Origin: Bacillales bacterium
GTDB lineage: Bacteria; Bacillota_I; Bacilli_A; Izemoplasmatales; Izemoplasmataceae
DNA length: 64,000 bases
NCBI GenBank assembly: GCA_041694275.1
Contig: JASMTQ010000042.1
Span: 1,812-65,811, forward strand
Direction of reading: 5' to 3'
Shown: in pieces, positions 41,196 to 56,558 of the stretch
Layout of the letters: each line of letters opens with the position of its first letter
How positions within the stretch are numbered: position 1 is the stretch's first letter
Translations under genes and position numbers: made by a program
Notes under the pieces: model-generated
Database searches by the model: none
Told to the model about the DNA's origin: nothing
Seen by the model: the letters and a program-made list of their open reading frames with translations, nothing else

Positions 41196-44100
41196 TTGAA
41201 TTATTCAACAATCAAGTACGGAAGAAAAAGGGAACGTAGAAACTATTCCCGAGTTAAGTCAAATGTGGAGTTACCCAACCTGGTAGAAGTTCAGACAAAT
41301 TCGTTTGACTGGTTCGTTGAGGAAGGGCTTAGGGAACTTCTCACAGACATTTCACCCATTGAGAATTTCACAGGCGATCTTCTCATGTACTTCGAAGATT
41401 TGGAATTTGGTGAACCAAAATATTCCATCGAAGAAGCCAGAGAAAAGGAATTGACCTACGCTAAACCGCTTAGAGTCAATGTCAAATTAGCCAACGAAAG
41501 CACCGGCGAAGTCAAGGAACAAAAGATTTTTATGGGCGATATTCCGTTCATGACACCGAGGGTGTCATTCATCATCAATGGTAGTGAGCGGGTTATTGTA
41601 AGTCAGATTGTTCGTAGTGCCGGCGTTTTTTACTCTGAAGAGGTAGATCGCAAAACCCTTGAGAGTAAATATCTGGGTCAGATCATTCCAAACCGTGGTG
41701 CATGGTTGGAATATGAAACCGGATCCAAAGACACGCTTTTCGTCAAATTGGACCGTTCCAAGAAAATTCCGCTTACCACGCTTCTAAGAGCCATCGGATT
41801 TTCAGGACGTGAAGCCATCAAGGATATTTTTGGCGAAAACGAATATATAGAAAACACCTTGGGCAAGGATTTGACCAAGTCTTCGCATGATGCGATTCTT
41901 GAAGTCTATTCCAAACTGAGACAAGGAGAAACCGCGACTATTGAAGGAGCCATCAGCTTCTTTGAGAGCCGTCTTTTTGACGCGAAACGCTATGAACTTG
42001 CGAAAGTCGGTCGTTATAAAGTCAATAAGAAGATGGACATCCTTAACCATGTCCTCGGCAAGGAACTTGCAGAAGACATTGTGAACCCTGAGACTGGTGA
42101 AATCATTCTCAGCGAGGGCACTACCATCGACAAAGCTGCAAAAGCCGTGCTTAACGAGAACCGTGATGCGCTGCGTATAAGCGTACCGGGCGTCAAACGC
42201 ATGACACTTGAATATGATTTCGCGGTGCAGCTTGACATCCTCGATGCCAATCCGTATCTCGATTATCTAAATGACGAACAGAAACTCGACCTCATCCGAA
42301 GCCAACGTTATGGTACGGTCGATGAACTGATTGATGCATACCTTGAAAATCGCGGACTTACCAAGAAGGCATTTATCGAAGCTGAAGGCAATGCCGCTTT
42401 CGATGAAATGAAATCGTCTTTGGAAGACACGCTTGCCAAGGATGATCTGTATTTCGATCTTGCACATATTGAAACCCTTAAAATCAAGCATCGCGACCGG
42501 TATGAAGAAGTGCATACTCTGAGAGTCATCGGGAACGATTCCCGTGAGACTGCGGAGCATCTTGCGTCTTCGGACATCATCGCGAGCATCGGATATTATT
42601 TGAACCTTATGAAAGACTATGGTTTGCTTGATGATATCGACCACCTAGGAAACAGACGTCTGCGTCTGATTGGTGAACTTCTTAAAAATCAATTCAGAAT
42701 CGGTCTTTCCAAACTTGAGAAAAACATCAAGGACCGCATGAGTACGAGAGATACCACGGACATCACCCCACAAGGGCTCATCAACATCCGTCCGCTCACC
42801 TCTTCACTCAAAGAGTTCTTCGGATCATCACAGCTTTCGCAGTTCATGAGCCAGACCAACCCGCTTGATGAACTTACACATAAAAGACGTATCAGTGCGC
42901 TCGGCCCTGGTGGGCTTACGCGTGATCGTGCGGGCTTTGAAGTCCGTGACGTTCACTATACGCACTATGGGCGCATCTGTCCGATTGAAACCCCTGAGGG
43001 TCAGAACATCGGACTCATCAACTCACTTGCATCCTACGTACGTGTGAACCAGTTCGGCTTTATGGAAACACCGTATCTCAAAGTCGTCAAGGAGGCAGGC
43101 AAACCTCCACGCGTTACAGAAGAGTTTTTCTATCTAAGTGCTGACGAAGAAGAAGACTATGTCATCGGACAGGCCAACATCAATCTGGATGATGACAAGT
43201 TCGTTATCGATGAATCCGTCGTTGCTCGGTACCGCGGTGAAACCAAGATGCGTGCCCGCGAAGACATTGATTTGATTGACGTCTCACCTAAACAGATCGT
43301 ATCGATTTCCACATCCACGATTCCGTTCCTAGAACACGATGATGCGAACCGTGCCCTCATGGGTGCGAACATGCAGCGTCAGGCCATTCCTCTTTTAAGA
43401 CCGGAAGCGCCGTTTGTTGGAACCGGTATCGAATACAAGGCGTCCAAAGACAGTGGTGCTACGAAAGTCGCCCACAAGGCTGGAACCGTCACTTACGTAG
43501 ATGCGAACCGCATAGAAATCACTTCAAAAGACTCTTCAAAAGAAACCTATAAACTTGAAAAATACGTCCGTTCAAACCAGGGAACCTGCTTCAATCAAAA
43601 ACCGATTGTGGCCCTTGGCGAAGAAATCAACGAAGGAGAAATCATCGCAGACGGCCCTTCAATGGATCAGGGTGAACTCTCTGTTGGACGCAACGTGACC
43701 GTCGCATTCATGACTTGGAACGGCTATAACTACGAGGACGCCGTCATCATGAGTGAAAGACTCGTCAAAGAAGACGTGTACACATCCATTCACATAGAAA
43801 AATACGATGTTGAAGCGAGAGACACCAAACTCGGTAACGAAGAAATCACCCGTGAAATTCCAAACGTCGGTGAAGAAGGCAGACGCTTCCTTGACGACCG
43901 CGGCATCATCATTCCGGGGGCCGAAGTTGAAGAAGGCGACATATTGGTTGGTAAAGTCACCCCCAAAGGGCATACCGATCCGACACCTGAAGACCGCCTG
44001 CTCCTTGCGATCTTCGGACAGAAGTCGCAGGAAGTAAGAGATACCTCGCTCAGAGTTCCACATGGCGGCGGGGGCATTGTTCAAAGCGTCAAATACTTCT

Positions 44101-44948
44101 CGCGTGCCAATGGAGATGAACTTCCACCAGGTGCAACCGAAGTCGTACGCGTATTCATCGTACAGAAACGTAAAATTTCAGAAGGCGACAAAATGGCCGG
44201 ACGTCATGGTAACAAAGGGGTTATCTCAAAAATACTCCCTGAAGAAGACATGCCGTTCCTCCCTGATGGCACACCTGTGGATATCATGCTCAACCCACTT
44301 GGGGTTCCATCGCGTATGAACATCGGACAGGTACTTGAGATCCATCTCGGAATGGCTGCCAAACGCCTCGGACTCCACGTTGCAACACCAGTATTCGACG
44401 GCGTCAGCAACGACGACCTTGTGAAAATCATGGCCGAAGCCGGCATGAATCCCGATGGGAAGACACCGCTTTTCTCAGGACAAACCGGAATGCAATACGA
44501 CGAAGATGTATCCGTGGGCGTCATGCATATGATCAAACTCGACCACATGGTCGATGACAAACTCCATGCGAGAAGCGTCGGTCCTTACACGCTTGTCACC
44601 CAGCAGCCAATGGGTGGTAAGGCGCAAAATGGTGGACAGCGTTTCGGTGAAATGGAAGTATGGGCCCTTGAAGCATATGGTGCTTCATACTGTCTTCAGG
44701 AAATGCTCACTGTCAAGAGTGACGACATCATTGGACGCAACAAGGTGTTCCGCGCGATTGTGGACGGGAAAAGCATCCCAGAACCATCACTCCCTGAATC
44801 ATTCCGCGTCCTTACAAGAGAACTTCAGTCTCTTGGTATCCAGGTCGAACTCATCAATAAAGAATCCGGGCGCAACGAAGCGAACAAGAGCCTGGTAGAA
44901 GATTCAGATGTCGAAGACTACATCGACAAATATGGCTTTAATTCCTAA
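41196..44948 (+). CDS. rpoB: DNA-directed RNA polymerase subunit beta
   Basis: The TTG at 41196, after GGGGTG, aligns (L)[18 protein letters not shown] with the Bacillus TTG-initiated N-terminus. The track ORF begins at the GTG at 41187. Conserved beta motifs are present throughout. Confidence 0.97.
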   Translation: MNYSTIKYGRKRERRNYSRVKSNVELPNLVEVQTNSFDWFVEEGLRELLTDISPIENFTGDLLMYFEDLEFGEPKYSIEEAREKELTYAKPLRVNVKLANESTGEVKEQKIFMGDIPFMTPRVSFIINGSERVIVSQIVRSAGVFYSEEVDRKTLESKYLGQIIPNRGAWLEYETGSKDTLFVKLDRSKKIPLTTLLRAIGFSGREAIKDIFGENEYIENTLGKDLTKSSHDAILEVYSKLRQGETATIEGAISFFESRLFDAKRYELAKVGRYKVNKKMDILNHVLGKELAEDIVNPETGEIILSEGTTIDKAAKAVLNENRDALRISVPGVKRMTLEYDFAVQLDILDANPYLDYLNDEQKLDLIRSQRYGTVDELIDAYLENRGLTKKAFIEAEGNAAFDEMKSSLEDTLAKDDLYFDLAHIETLKIKHRDRYEEVHTLRVIGNDSRETAEHLASSDIIASIGYYLNLMKDYGLLDDIDHLGNRRLRLIGELLKNQFRIGLSKLEKNIKDRMSTRDTTDITPQGLINIRPLTSSLKEFFGSSQLSQFMSQTNPLDELTHKRRISALGPGGLTRDRAGFEVRDVHYTHYGRICPIETPEGQNIGLINSLASYVRVNQFGFMETPYLKVVKEAGKPPRVTEEFFYLSADEEEDYVIGQANINLDDDKFVIDESVVARYRGETKMRAREDIDLIDVSPKQIVSISTSTIPFLEHDDANRALMGANMQRQAIPLLRPEAPFVGTGIEYKASKDSGATKVAHKAGTVTYVDANRIEITSKDSSKETYKLEKYVRSNQGTCFNQKPIVALGEEINEGEIIADGPSMDQGELSVGRNVTVAFMTWNGYNYEDAVIMSERLVKEDVYTSIHIEKYDVEARDTKLGNEEITREIPNVGEEGRRFLDDRGIIIPGAEVEEGDILVGKVTPKGHTDPTPEDRLLLAIFGQKSQEVRDTSLRVPHGGGGIVQSVKYFSRANGDELPPGATEVVRVFIVQKRKISEGDKMAGRHGNKGVISKILPEEDMPFLPDGTPVDIMLNPLGVPSRMNIGQVLEIHLGMAAKRLGLHVATPVFDGVSNDDLVKIMAEAGMNPDGKTPLFSGQTGMQYDEDVSVGVMHMIKLDHMVDDKLHARSVGPYTLVTQQPMGGKAQNGGQRFGEMEVWALEAYGASYCLQEMLTVKSDDIIGRNKVFRAIVDGKSIPEPSLPESFRVLTRELQSLGIQVELINKESGRNEANKSLVEDSDVEDYIDKYGFNS

Positions 44949-44964
44949 AAGGTAAGGTGATTGT

Positions 44965-48762
<3,798 letters not shown>

Positions 48763-48770
48763 ACACTTTT

Positions 48771-48803
48771 AATCGGGCGGCCGAGCCGCCCGATTACTTT
48801 TTT
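48771..48803 (+). terminator. intrinsic terminator after rpoC
   Basis: AATCGGGCGG-ccgag-CCGCCCGATT followed by ACTTTTTT. Confidence 0.9.
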
Positions 48804-48824
48804 GAAAAAAGGTGCCCGGAATGA

Positions 48825-48853
48825 TTGACACGCCTGGTACTGTGTAGTATAAT
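48825..48853 (+). promoter_or_regulatory. consensus promoter of the str operon (rpsL-rpsG-fusA-tuf)
   Basis: TTGACA, 17 nt spacer, TATAAT. Confidence 0.8.
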
Positions 48854-48879
48854 TGCACTTGCAAAATGCTTAAAAACAT

Positions 48880-48909
48880 CAGGGTTTGTCATAAAACCCC
48901 TGTTTTTAT
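48880..48909 (+). promoter_or_regulatory. terminator-like hairpin inside the rpsL leader
   Basis: CAGGGTTT-gtcat-AAA(A)CCCCTG followed by TTTTTAT, between the promoter and the rpsL RBS. Confidence 0.4.
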
Positions 48910-48962
48910 GAGAAAAACGATACACTTGGATGTGTTGTAACAATTTTGAAAGGAGGAATCTC

Positions 48963-49370
48963 ATGCCTACTATCAACCAATTGGTAAGAAAAGGACGTAC
49001 GACCCGCAAGAAGAAATCAAAATCACCACACCTTAGCATCAACTTCAATACGCTAAAAAAAGAATACACGACTCTGCCTAGCCCACAAAAACGTGGTGTA
49101 TGTACTCGTGTTGCGACTATGACGCCTAAAAAACCGAACTCTGCGCTTCGTAAATACGCACGTGTTCGCTTGACCAACGGTATCGAAGTGACTGCCTACA
49201 TTCCTGGAATCGGGCACAAACTTCAAGAACATAGCGTTGTACTCATTCGCGGAGGCCGTGTAAAAGACCTTCCGGGTGTCCGCTATCATATCGTTCGCGG
49301 TACGCTTGACGCCGGTGGCGTCGAAGGCCGTAAGCAGGGCCGTTCCAAATACGGAACCAAAAAAGCCTAA
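48963..49370 (+). CDS. rpsL: 30S ribosomal protein S12
   Basis: [12 protein letters not shown]...[10 protein letters not shown]. The ATG at 48963 follows GGAGG. Confidence 0.98.
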   Translation: MPTINQLVRKGRTTRKKKSKSPHLSINFNTLKKEYTTLPSPQKRGVCTRVATMTPKKPNSALRKYARVRLTNGIEVTAYIPGIGHKLQEHSVVLIRGGRVKDLPGVRYHIVRGTLDAGGVEGRKQGRSKYGTKKA

Positions 49371-49412
49371 CAGGATTCACATGCATTTATAGATTGAAAG
49401 GAGGAATTCAGT

Positions 49413-49883
49413 ATGCCTCGTAAAGGACATATTGCGAAAAGGGATGTACTACCTGACCCTATTTACAATTCAAAACTCGTCACCAAGCTCATCAACAGCA
49501 TCATGAATGACGGTAAGAAAAATACAGCGCAAAAAATTCTTTATAATGCCTTCAAACGTGTTGAAGAAATCAAAAACCAACCCCCTCTTGAAGTCTTTGA
49601 AGAAGCGCTTAACAACGTAATGCCAAGTTTTGAGGTTCGTGCTCGCAGAATCGGTGGACAAAACTACCAGGTTCCTATGGAAGTACGTGAAGAGCGTCGT
49701 TATACGCTCGGACTCAGATGGATTACGCTTTACTCAAGACTAAGAAACGAAAAAACCATGGAAGAACGCCTCGCGAAAGAAATCGTCGACGCCTCAAACG
49801 GTGTTGGACAATCGGTTAAGAAACGCGAAGATATGCATAGAATGGCTGACGCCAACAAAGCGTTCGCACATTACCGCTGGTAA
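49413..49883 (+). CDS. rpsG: 30S ribosomal protein S7
   Basis: [20 protein letters not shown]. Confidence 0.98.
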   Translation: MPRKGHIAKRDVLPDPIYNSKLVTKLINSIMNDGKKNTAQKILYNAFKRVEEIKNQPPLEVFEEALNNVMPSFEVRARRIGGQNYQVPMEVREERRYTLGLRWITLYSRLRNEKTMEERLAKEIVDASNGVGQSVKKREDMHRMADANKAFAHYRW

Positions 49884-49898
49884 GAAAGGAGCCCAACA

Positions 49899-51974
49899 AT
49901 GCCAAGAAAAATTTCTTTGGAAAAAACTCGTAATATCGGAATCATGGCGCACATTGATGCCGGTAAAACCACGACTACTGAACGGGTTCTTTTCCATACC
50001 GGTCGCATCCACAAGATCGGAGAAACCCATGAAGGGGCTTCTCAAATGGACTGGATGGACCAGGAACAAGAACGCGGTATTACAATCACGTCTGCGGCGA
50101 CCACCGCATTCTGGCATGATCACCGCGTCAACATCATCGATACGCCGGGCCACGTAGACTTCACCGTAGAAGTTTCACGTTCCCTTCGTGTACTTGACGG
50201 TTCAGTCGCCGTTTTGGACGCGCAAGCCGGTGTTGAACCACAAACTGAAACCGTATGGCGTCAAGCTACCGAATACATGGTTCCAAGAATCGTGTTCATC
50301 AACAAGATGGATAAAATCGGGGCTGACTTTGCATACAGTGTCGGAACCATCCGTGAACGTCTGGGTGTAAAAACCGCAGCCATTCAGTGGCCAATCGGTG
50401 CCGAAGACGATTTCACAGGCATCATCGACCTTGTGAAGATGGAAGCCCACATGTATGACGGCGGACCAAAAGAGGAAGCCGAAATCGTGGAGATTCCTGA
50501 AGAATACAAGGAACTCGCCGCTGAAAAACGCAACGAACTCATCGAGGAACTTGCGGACTTCAACGAAGAAATGATGATGGCTTATCTTGAAGGCGAAGAA
50601 ATTTCAAACGAACTTCTCGTTGAAACCATTCGCCACGCCACCCTTGAAGTTGACTTCTTCCCAGTACTCTGTGGAAGTGCCTTCAAAAACAAAGGTGTCA
50701 AGCTCATGCTCGATGCCGTCATCAATTACCTTCCAGCACCTACGGACGTCCGTAAGGTACGCGGAACCATGATTGATACTGGCGAAGAAATCGCCGTCCC
50801 TTCAAGCGATGACGAAAAATTCGCAGCCCTTGCATTCAAAGTCGCAACAGACCCATTCGTCGGTAAACTCACGTTCTTCCGTGTCTACTCAGGAACCCTT
50901 TCAAAAGGGTCTTACATCATGAATACCACCAAGGACAACAAAGAACGCGTCGGACGCATCCTTCAAATGCATGCGAACCACCGCGAAGCGATTGATACCG
51001 TATATGCGGGTGACATCGCAGCGGCTGTCGGACTCAAGGACACCGCAACCGGGGACACCCTTGCCGAAGAAGGTTACAAGATTCTTCTCGAGCAAATGGT
51101 CTTCCCTGAACCTGTCATCAGCGTCGCGATCGAACCAAAATCAAAAGCTGACCAGGACAAGATGGGCGTAGCCCTTCAAAAACTTGCGGAAGAAGATCCA
51201 ACATTCCGTACCTACACCAACGAAGAAACCGGTCAGACAATCATCGCCGGTATGGGTGAACTTCACCTTGACATCATCGTTGATCGCCTCAAACGCGAAT
51301 TCAAAGTTGAAGCGAATGTCGGTGCGCCGCAGGTATCTTACCGCGAAACCTTCACCAAAGAAGCAAACATCGAAGGAAAATTCATCCGCCAATCAGGTGG
51401 ACGTGGACAATACGGACACGTATGGATCAAATTCGAACCGAATGAAGAAGGCGCAGGCTTCGAATTCGTCGACAAAATCGTCGGTGGTGTCGTGCCTCGC
51501 GAATACATTCCAATCGTTGGAAAAGGGATTGAAGAAGCCCTTGAAAACGGTGTGCTTGCAGGCTATCCAATGATCGACATCAAAGCGACCCTGTTTGATG
51601 GATCGTACCATGACGTCGACTCATCCGAAATGGCCTTCAAAGTCGCAGCCGGTATGGCTGTCAAGGCTGCCAAGGATCAATGTGGCGCCATCATACTTGA
51701 ACCAATCATGAACGTTGACGTGGTTGCTCCAGATGACTACCTAGGTAACGTCATCGGTGACCTTACTGGACGCCGTGGTAAAATCGCCGCCCAGGAAGAA
51801 CGCGGAAACGCACACATGGTCAAAGCAACGGTCCCGCTCTCAGAGATGTTCGGCTACGCTACGAGCCTTCGTTCAAATACGCAGGGTCGTGGGAACTACA
51901 CCATGCAGTTCTCTCACTATGAAGCCGCACCGAAAAGCATCGCTGAAGAAATCATCAAAAAACGCAACGGCTAA
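49899..51974 (+). CDS. fusA: elongation factor G
   Basis: G1 [17 protein letters not shown], 691 aa. Confidence 0.98.
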   Translation: MPRKISLEKTRNIGIMAHIDAGKTTTTERVLFHTGRIHKIGETHEGASQMDWMDQEQERGITITSAATTAFWHDHRVNIIDTPGHVDFTVEVSRSLRVLDGSVAVLDAQAGVEPQTETVWRQATEYMVPRIVFINKMDKIGADFAYSVGTIRERLGVKTAAIQWPIGAEDDFTGIIDLVKMEAHMYDGGPKEEAEIVEIPEEYKELAAEKRNELIEELADFNEEMMMAYLEGEEISNELLVETIRHATLEVDFFPVLCGSAFKNKGVKLMLDAVINYLPAPTDVRKVRGTMIDTGEEIAVPSSDDEKFAALAFKVATDPFVGKLTFFRVYSGTLSKGSYIMNTTKDNKERVGRILQMHANHREAIDTVYAGDIAAAVGLKDTATGDTLAEEGYKILLEQMVFPEPVISVAIEPKSKADQDKMGVALQKLAEEDPTFRTYTNEETGQTIIAGMGELHLDIIVDRLKREFKVEANVGAPQVSYRETFTKEANIEGKFIRQSGGRGQYGHVWIKFEPNEEGAGFEFVDKIVGGVVPREYIPIVGKGIEEALENGVLAGYPMIDIKATLFDGSYHDVDSSEMAFKVAAGMAVKAAKDQCGAIILEPIMNVDVVAPDDYLGNVIGDLTGRRGKIAAQEERGNAHMVKATVPLSEMFGYATSLRSNTQGRGNYTMQFSHYEAAPKSIAEEIIKKRNG

Positions 51975-52003
51975 TTGATTTACCTTGCATTATAAGATAT
52001 AAT
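51975..52003 (+). promoter_or_regulatory. internal promoter ahead of tuf
   Basis: TTGATT, 17 nt spacer, TATAAT. The -10 element lies within the palindrome GCATTATA-aga-TATAATGC. Confidence 0.55.
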
Positions 52004-52055
52004 GCGATAAAATATCACTGTTATAAGACCAATTTCATAAGGAGGAAATAACGAA

Positions 52056-53246
52056 ATGGGAAAAGAAAAATTTGTACGCAAAGGTACGCATGCCAACATC
52101 GGAACCATCGGACACGTCGACCATGGTAAAACTACATTGACTGCGGCCATTGCTACCGTACTACACAAAAGAGGCGTCGGTGAAACGTCTGCATCTACTT
52201 ACGAAGCAATTGACAATGCCCCTGAGGAAAAAGAAAGAGGCATCACCATCAATACAGCCCACATCGAATACGCTACTGAAAAACGTCACTATGCGCATGT
52301 GGACTGCCCTGGCCATGCTGACTACGTTAAGAATATGATTACAGGTGCCGCCCAAATGGACGGAGCTATCCTGGTTGTTAGCGCAGCAGACGGACCTATG
52401 CCACAGACTCGTGAGCACATCCTGCTTGCACGTCAGGTTGGCGTTCCAAAACTCGTCGTATTCCTAAACAAAACTGACATGGTGGACGACGAAGAACTCA
52501 TCGAACTCGTTGAAATGGAAGTTCGCGAACTACTTAGCGAATACGATTATCCTGGAGACGACGTTCCAATCATTCAAGGGTCAGCACTTAAAGCCCTTGA
52601 AGGCGATACTGCACATGAAGATGCGGTTATCGAACTCATGAACACCATTGATGACTACTTCCCAGACCCAGTACGTGAAACTGACAAACCATTCATGATG
52701 CCTGTTGAGGACGTATTCAGCATCACTGGACGCGGAACTGTTGCTACAGGCCGTGTTGATCGTGGTACTGTCAAAGTACAGGACGAAGTTGAACTCGTAG
52801 GTATCAGACCTACTCGCAAAACTGTCGTAACTGGTGTGGAAATGTTCCGTAAGCTTCTCGATCAAGCAGAAGCCGGCGACAACATTGGTGCACTTCTTCG
52901 TGGGGTAACTCGCGACGACATCCAACGTGGACAAGTACTTGCAAAACCTGGTAGTGTTACACCACATACCAAGTTCCATGCAGAAGTTTACGTGCTTTCA
53001 AAAGATGAAGGTGGACGTCATACGCCATTCTTCTCAAACTACCGCCCACAATTCTACTTCCGTACCACAGACGTTACCGGTGTCATTCAATTGCCTGAAG
53101 GCGTTGAAATGGTCATGCCTGGTGACAACGTGGAAATGAACGTTGAATTGATTCACCCAATCGCGCTTGAACAAGGAACCAAGTTCTCAATCCGCGAAGG
53201 TGGCCGCACAGTCGGTGCCGGTGTAGTATCAAAAATCATCGAATAA
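52056..53246 (+). CDS. tuf: elongation factor Tu
   Basis: [25 protein letters not shown]. 396 aa. Confidence 0.99.
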   Translation: MGKEKFVRKGTHANIGTIGHVDHGKTTLTAAIATVLHKRGVGETSASTYEAIDNAPEEKERGITINTAHIEYATEKRHYAHVDCPGHADYVKNMITGAAQMDGAILVVSAADGPMPQTREHILLARQVGVPKLVVFLNKTDMVDDEELIELVEMEVRELLSEYDYPGDDVPIIQGSALKALEGDTAHEDAVIELMNTIDDYFPDPVRETDKPFMMPVEDVFSITGRGTVATGRVDRGTVKVQDEVELVGIRPTRKTVVTGVEMFRKLLDQAEAGDNIGALLRGVTRDDIQRGQVLAKPGSVTPHTKFHAEVYVLSKDEGGRHTPFFSNYRPQFYFRTTDVTGVIQLPEGVEMVMPGDNVEMNVELIHPIALEQGTKFSIREGGRTVGAGVVSKIIE

Positions 53247-53259
53247 TCCATTCGAATCC

Positions 53260-53291
53260 AAGACGCTATCTTTTGATGGCGTCTTTTTTTA
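53260..53291 (+). terminator. intrinsic terminator after tuf
   Basis: AAGACGCTATC-tttt-GATGGCGTCTT followed by TTTTT. Confidence 0.85.
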
Positions 53292-53375
53292 CGCTCATTT
53301 CTACGCATTTGATAGGCTTAATCTGTTTAAAAAAATAAATTTTCTTGTATAATGGTTTATACGAGGAGTGATAGC

Positions 53376-54140
53376 ATGTACATTGATACACACGTACACC
53401 TCAACAATGAAACCCTTGATGAACATCTTGAACATTATATTAAAAAAGCACTTGATGCAGGCGTCAAAAAGATGCTTGTGGTCGGTTTCACACACGCCAC
53501 CAACAAACGCGCCCTTGAAATTGCGTCCGCCTATGATTTTGTATACGCATCGGTAGGCTTCCACCCTACTATTGCCAAAGACGTCACAGAAGAGGATTTC
53601 GACACCTTGAAAGCCCTTCTCACGCACAGAAGGGTGCGTGCCATCGGAGAATGCGGCATGGATCTTTACTGGGACGATACATTCAAGGACAGACAGATTG
53701 AAGTTTTTGAACGGCAGATTGAACTTTCAAAAAGCTTTGATTTGCCTATTGTCATTCACATGCGGGATGCGGACGAACTGACGTATGAAATTCTTAAAAA
53801 ACACGCGCCCATAAAAGGGGTCATGCATTCTTACAGTGGATCCGCCGAGATGGCAAGGAAGTTCATGGATCTTGGAATGCACATATCCCTAAGTGGCCCC
53901 GTAACGTTCAAAAACGCCAAAAAGCCGAAAGAAGTTGCGAGAGTAGTACCACTAGATAAGCTTCTCCTTGAAACGGACGCGCCGTTTTTAACACCGCATC
54001 CTTACAGGGGGAAAACCAACGATTCAAGTTTTATCCCCATCATCGCCGATGCCATAGCGAATGAAAAAGGCGTTGCGGTCGACAAAGTCAAGAAAGCCAC
54101 CACGAAGAATGCAAAAAAACTATTTAATATGAATGGGTGA
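53376..54140 (+). CDS. TatD-family metal-dependent hydrolase (YabD-like)
   Basis: MYIDTHVHLN motif and later His/Asp ligands (VIHMRDA, GVMHSYSG, LLLETDAPF). The ATG at 53376 follows AGGAG. Confidence 0.9.
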   Translation: MYIDTHVHLNNETLDEHLEHYIKKALDAGVKKMLVVGFTHATNKRALEIASAYDFVYASVGFHPTIAKDVTEEDFDTLKALLTHRRVRAIGECGMDLYWDDTFKDRQIEVFERQIELSKSFDLPIVIHMRDADELTYEILKKHAPIKGVMHSYSGSAEMARKFMDLGMHISLSGPVTFKNAKKPKEVARVVPLDKLLLETDAPFLTPHPYRGKTNDSSFIPIIADAIANEKGVAVDKVKKATTKNAKKLFNMNG

Positions 54141-54145
54141 AGACA

Positions 54146-55297
54146 ATGAAAAAAATTACAATGTTTACAATGATGATTGTGTTGGTATTCACACTTGGAG
54201 CCTGTGAAGGGCTTCCTTTTCAAAATGATGATCCGGATGTCATTGATACGGCTTATACGAAGCAGGAAATGAGAGAAATCATTGAGGAACTCATGCCGGA
54301 GAGCTATGAAAGCATAGAATATGATCTTGCAAGCCTTCAAGAAGCGCAAACACAGATGCTGGAAACACGCGCAGATAGTGTCATAGGCATATCTGTCGAT
54401 GGCGGAGTAGGGGGCACAGGTTCAGGAGTTGTCTACAAAAAAGAAGGCAATGATTTCTATGCCGTGACAAACTACCACGTGCTTGAAGACTACACGTCCA
54501 TCCAAATTTCCTACGAGAAAAACGGCATGCTTTTCAATACGACTGACAGAGCTGTGGATCCTAGCAATTCTGATAAGATTGACGTACTCGGAATGGATGA
54601 GACGACAGACCTTGCAGTCATCCGCTTTGAAAGCGAAGACAATTTCTATGCCGTGGATTTCGCGGATTCCTACGATTTGTCTGTTGGACAGTTTGCGTTT
54701 GCGATAGGAAACCCACTTGGGTTCAATTACTTTGGTACGGTGACCATGGGGGTTGTCTCAGGTCTTTCCAGATACGTACCCGACAGTACACTCGAAGTCC
54801 CTTTTATTCAGCATGATGCGTCTATTTCACCAGGAAACAGCGGAGGTGCGCTCTTCGATATCAACGGAGATCTCATTGGCATCAACAACATGAAAATCGT
54901 ACAGGATACGGCTGACAATATTGGTTTCGCAATTCCATCAAACACCGTCAAGCGCATCATCGAAGACCTTGAAGAAGATGGAGAAGTTACAAGACCCTAC
55001 CTGGGAATTTCTTCCAATGCCCAGGTGAGTGCATGTGGCCAGGACGTTGGTGTATGTCTTTCCACCGTTGAAACAGGAGGCGCTGCAGAAGACGCCGGGC
55101 TTGAAGCGGGCGACATCATTACTGGGTATCAGATAGAGAGCTGGGACGCGATGCAGGATGTGGATAATTTCACTACACTTCGGGAACTCATTCTCAATTC
55201 ATCAGTAGGGGATTCAATACGCATCCGTTATGAAAGAGATGAACAGCAGTTTACAAGTGATTATGTTGAGCTTGACATCCACCCTGATGACAGATAA
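54146..55297 (+). CDS. htrA: HtrA/DegP-type serine protease with PDZ domain, probable lipoprotein
   Basis: Lipobox FTLGAC. Catalytic triad context TNYHV, DLAVIRF, GNSGGALFD. C-terminal PDZ domain (GLEAGDIITG). Confidence 0.9.
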   Translation: MKKITMFTMMIVLVFTLGACEGLPFQNDDPDVIDTAYTKQEMREIIEELMPESYESIEYDLASLQEAQTQMLETRADSVIGISVDGGVGGTGSGVVYKKEGNDFYAVTNYHVLEDYTSIQISYEKNGMLFNTTDRAVDPSNSDKIDVLGMDETTDLAVIRFESEDNFYAVDFADSYDLSVGQFAFAIGNPLGFNYFGTVTMGVVSGLSRYVPDSTLEVPFIQHDASISPGNSGGALFDINGDLIGINNMKIVQDTADNIGFAIPSNTVKRIIEDLEEDGEVTRPYLGISSNAQVSACGQDVGVCLSTVETGGAAEDAGLEAGDIITGYQIESWDAMQDVDNFTTLRELILNSSVGDSIRIRYERDEQQFTSDYVELDIHPDDR

Positions 55298-55353
55298 TGC
55301 CATTAATTGAAGGGTATTCATTGTAAAAAACGTGGTTTTATATTAAAATACCT

Positions 55354-55374
55354 AGGGAGCTTATAAAGCTCCCT
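55354..55374 (+). other. perfect 9-bp stem-loop between htrA and ychF
   Basis: AGGGAGCTT-ata-AAGCTCCCT with no U-tract, 7 nt upstream of the ychF SD. Confidence 0.6.
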
Positions 55375-55394
55375 TCATCTAGGAGTTGATGCAT

Positions 55395-56498
55395 ATGGCC
55401 CTTACAGCGGGCATCGTCGGACTGCCGAACGTCGGCAAGTCGACTTTATTCAATGCCATTACCAAAGCGGGCGCACACGCCGCGAACTATCCGTTTGCGA
55501 CCATTGATCCGAATGTCGGCATCGTAGACGTTCCGGATGAACGCCTTAATCAAATCGCAGAAATCGTACAACCGAAATCTCTTGTCCCTACATCCTTTGA
55601 ATTTACGGATATCGCAGGGCTTGTCAAAGGCGCTTCCAAAGGTGAAGGACTCGGAAACCAGTTTTTGAGTCACATCAGAGAAGTGGATGCGATCATACAC
55701 GTCGTCAGATGTTTTGAAAACACGGATATCCCGCACGTCGACGGCTCAGTCGATCCAGTTCGCGATATTGACACCATCAATACCGAACTTGTCTATGCGG
55801 ATCTCGACATCGTTGAAAAACGCCTTCCCCGTATTGAGAAAAAAGCGAAACTCAAAGTCGAGAAGGATATGGTGCTTGAATACGACCTTCTCAAAAGAAT
55901 CCATGAAGCACTTCTTGAAAACACGCCAATCAGGGATCTTGACTTTACGAAAGACGAATTCAAATCACTCAAAAGCTATGGTTTTCTCACATTAAAGCCC
56001 ATGCTTTACGTAGCCAATATTTCTGAAGAAGCGCTTGTGAGCGGTGAAGAAAGCGACCACGTCAAAAACCTTTATGAGGTGGCGAAGGATTCAAACGCGG
56101 AAGCCATAACCATCAGTGCGCAGATTGAGGCTGAACTCTCGGAACTAGACAGCGAAGACAAGGAAGCGTACCTTGAGGAACTCGGTCTGGAACGCTCCGG
56201 GCTTGATCGCCTAGTACAAAGAAGCTACACCCTTCTCAATTTGAAGACCTTCTTTACGGCGGGTGAAAAGGAAGTCAGAGCCTGGACCTTCAAAGAAGGT
56301 ATGACGGCCCCTGAATGCGCGGGCATCATCCATACGGACTTTCAAAGAGGGTTCATACGTGCTGAGACCATGAAGTTTGAAGATCTTGTGGAATACGGGT
56401 CCATGCAGAAAGTCAAGGAAGCCGGAAAAATGCGTCTTGAAGGCAAGGAGTACGTCGTCAAGGATGGCGACATTCTCTTGTTCAGATTCAATCTATAA
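55395..56498 (+). CDS. ychF: ribosome-binding ATPase YchF
   Basis: MALTAGIVGLPNVGKSTLFNAIT is identical in style to the Bacillus YchF N-terminus. C-terminal TGS-like domain. Confidence 0.96.
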   Translation: MALTAGIVGLPNVGKSTLFNAITKAGAHAANYPFATIDPNVGIVDVPDERLNQIAEIVQPKSLVPTSFEFTDIAGLVKGASKGEGLGNQFLSHIREVDAIIHVVRCFENTDIPHVDGSVDPVRDIDTINTELVYADLDIVEKRLPRIEKKAKLKVEKDMVLEYDLLKRIHEALLENTPIRDLDFTKDEFKSLKSYGFLTLKPMLYVANISEEALVSGEESDHVKNLYEVAKDSNAEAITISAQIEAELSELDSEDKEAYLEELGLERSGLDRLVQRSYTLLNLKTFFTAGEKEVRAWTFKEGMTAPECAGIIHTDFQRGFIRAETMKFEDLVEYGSMQKVKEAGKMRLEGKEYVVKDGDILLFRFNL

Positions 56499-56558
56499 AA
56501 CCTGATGCCTTTACGTCTACAATGACAAAGAGGCTCGGAAAAAAAAGGAGTTTTACCC

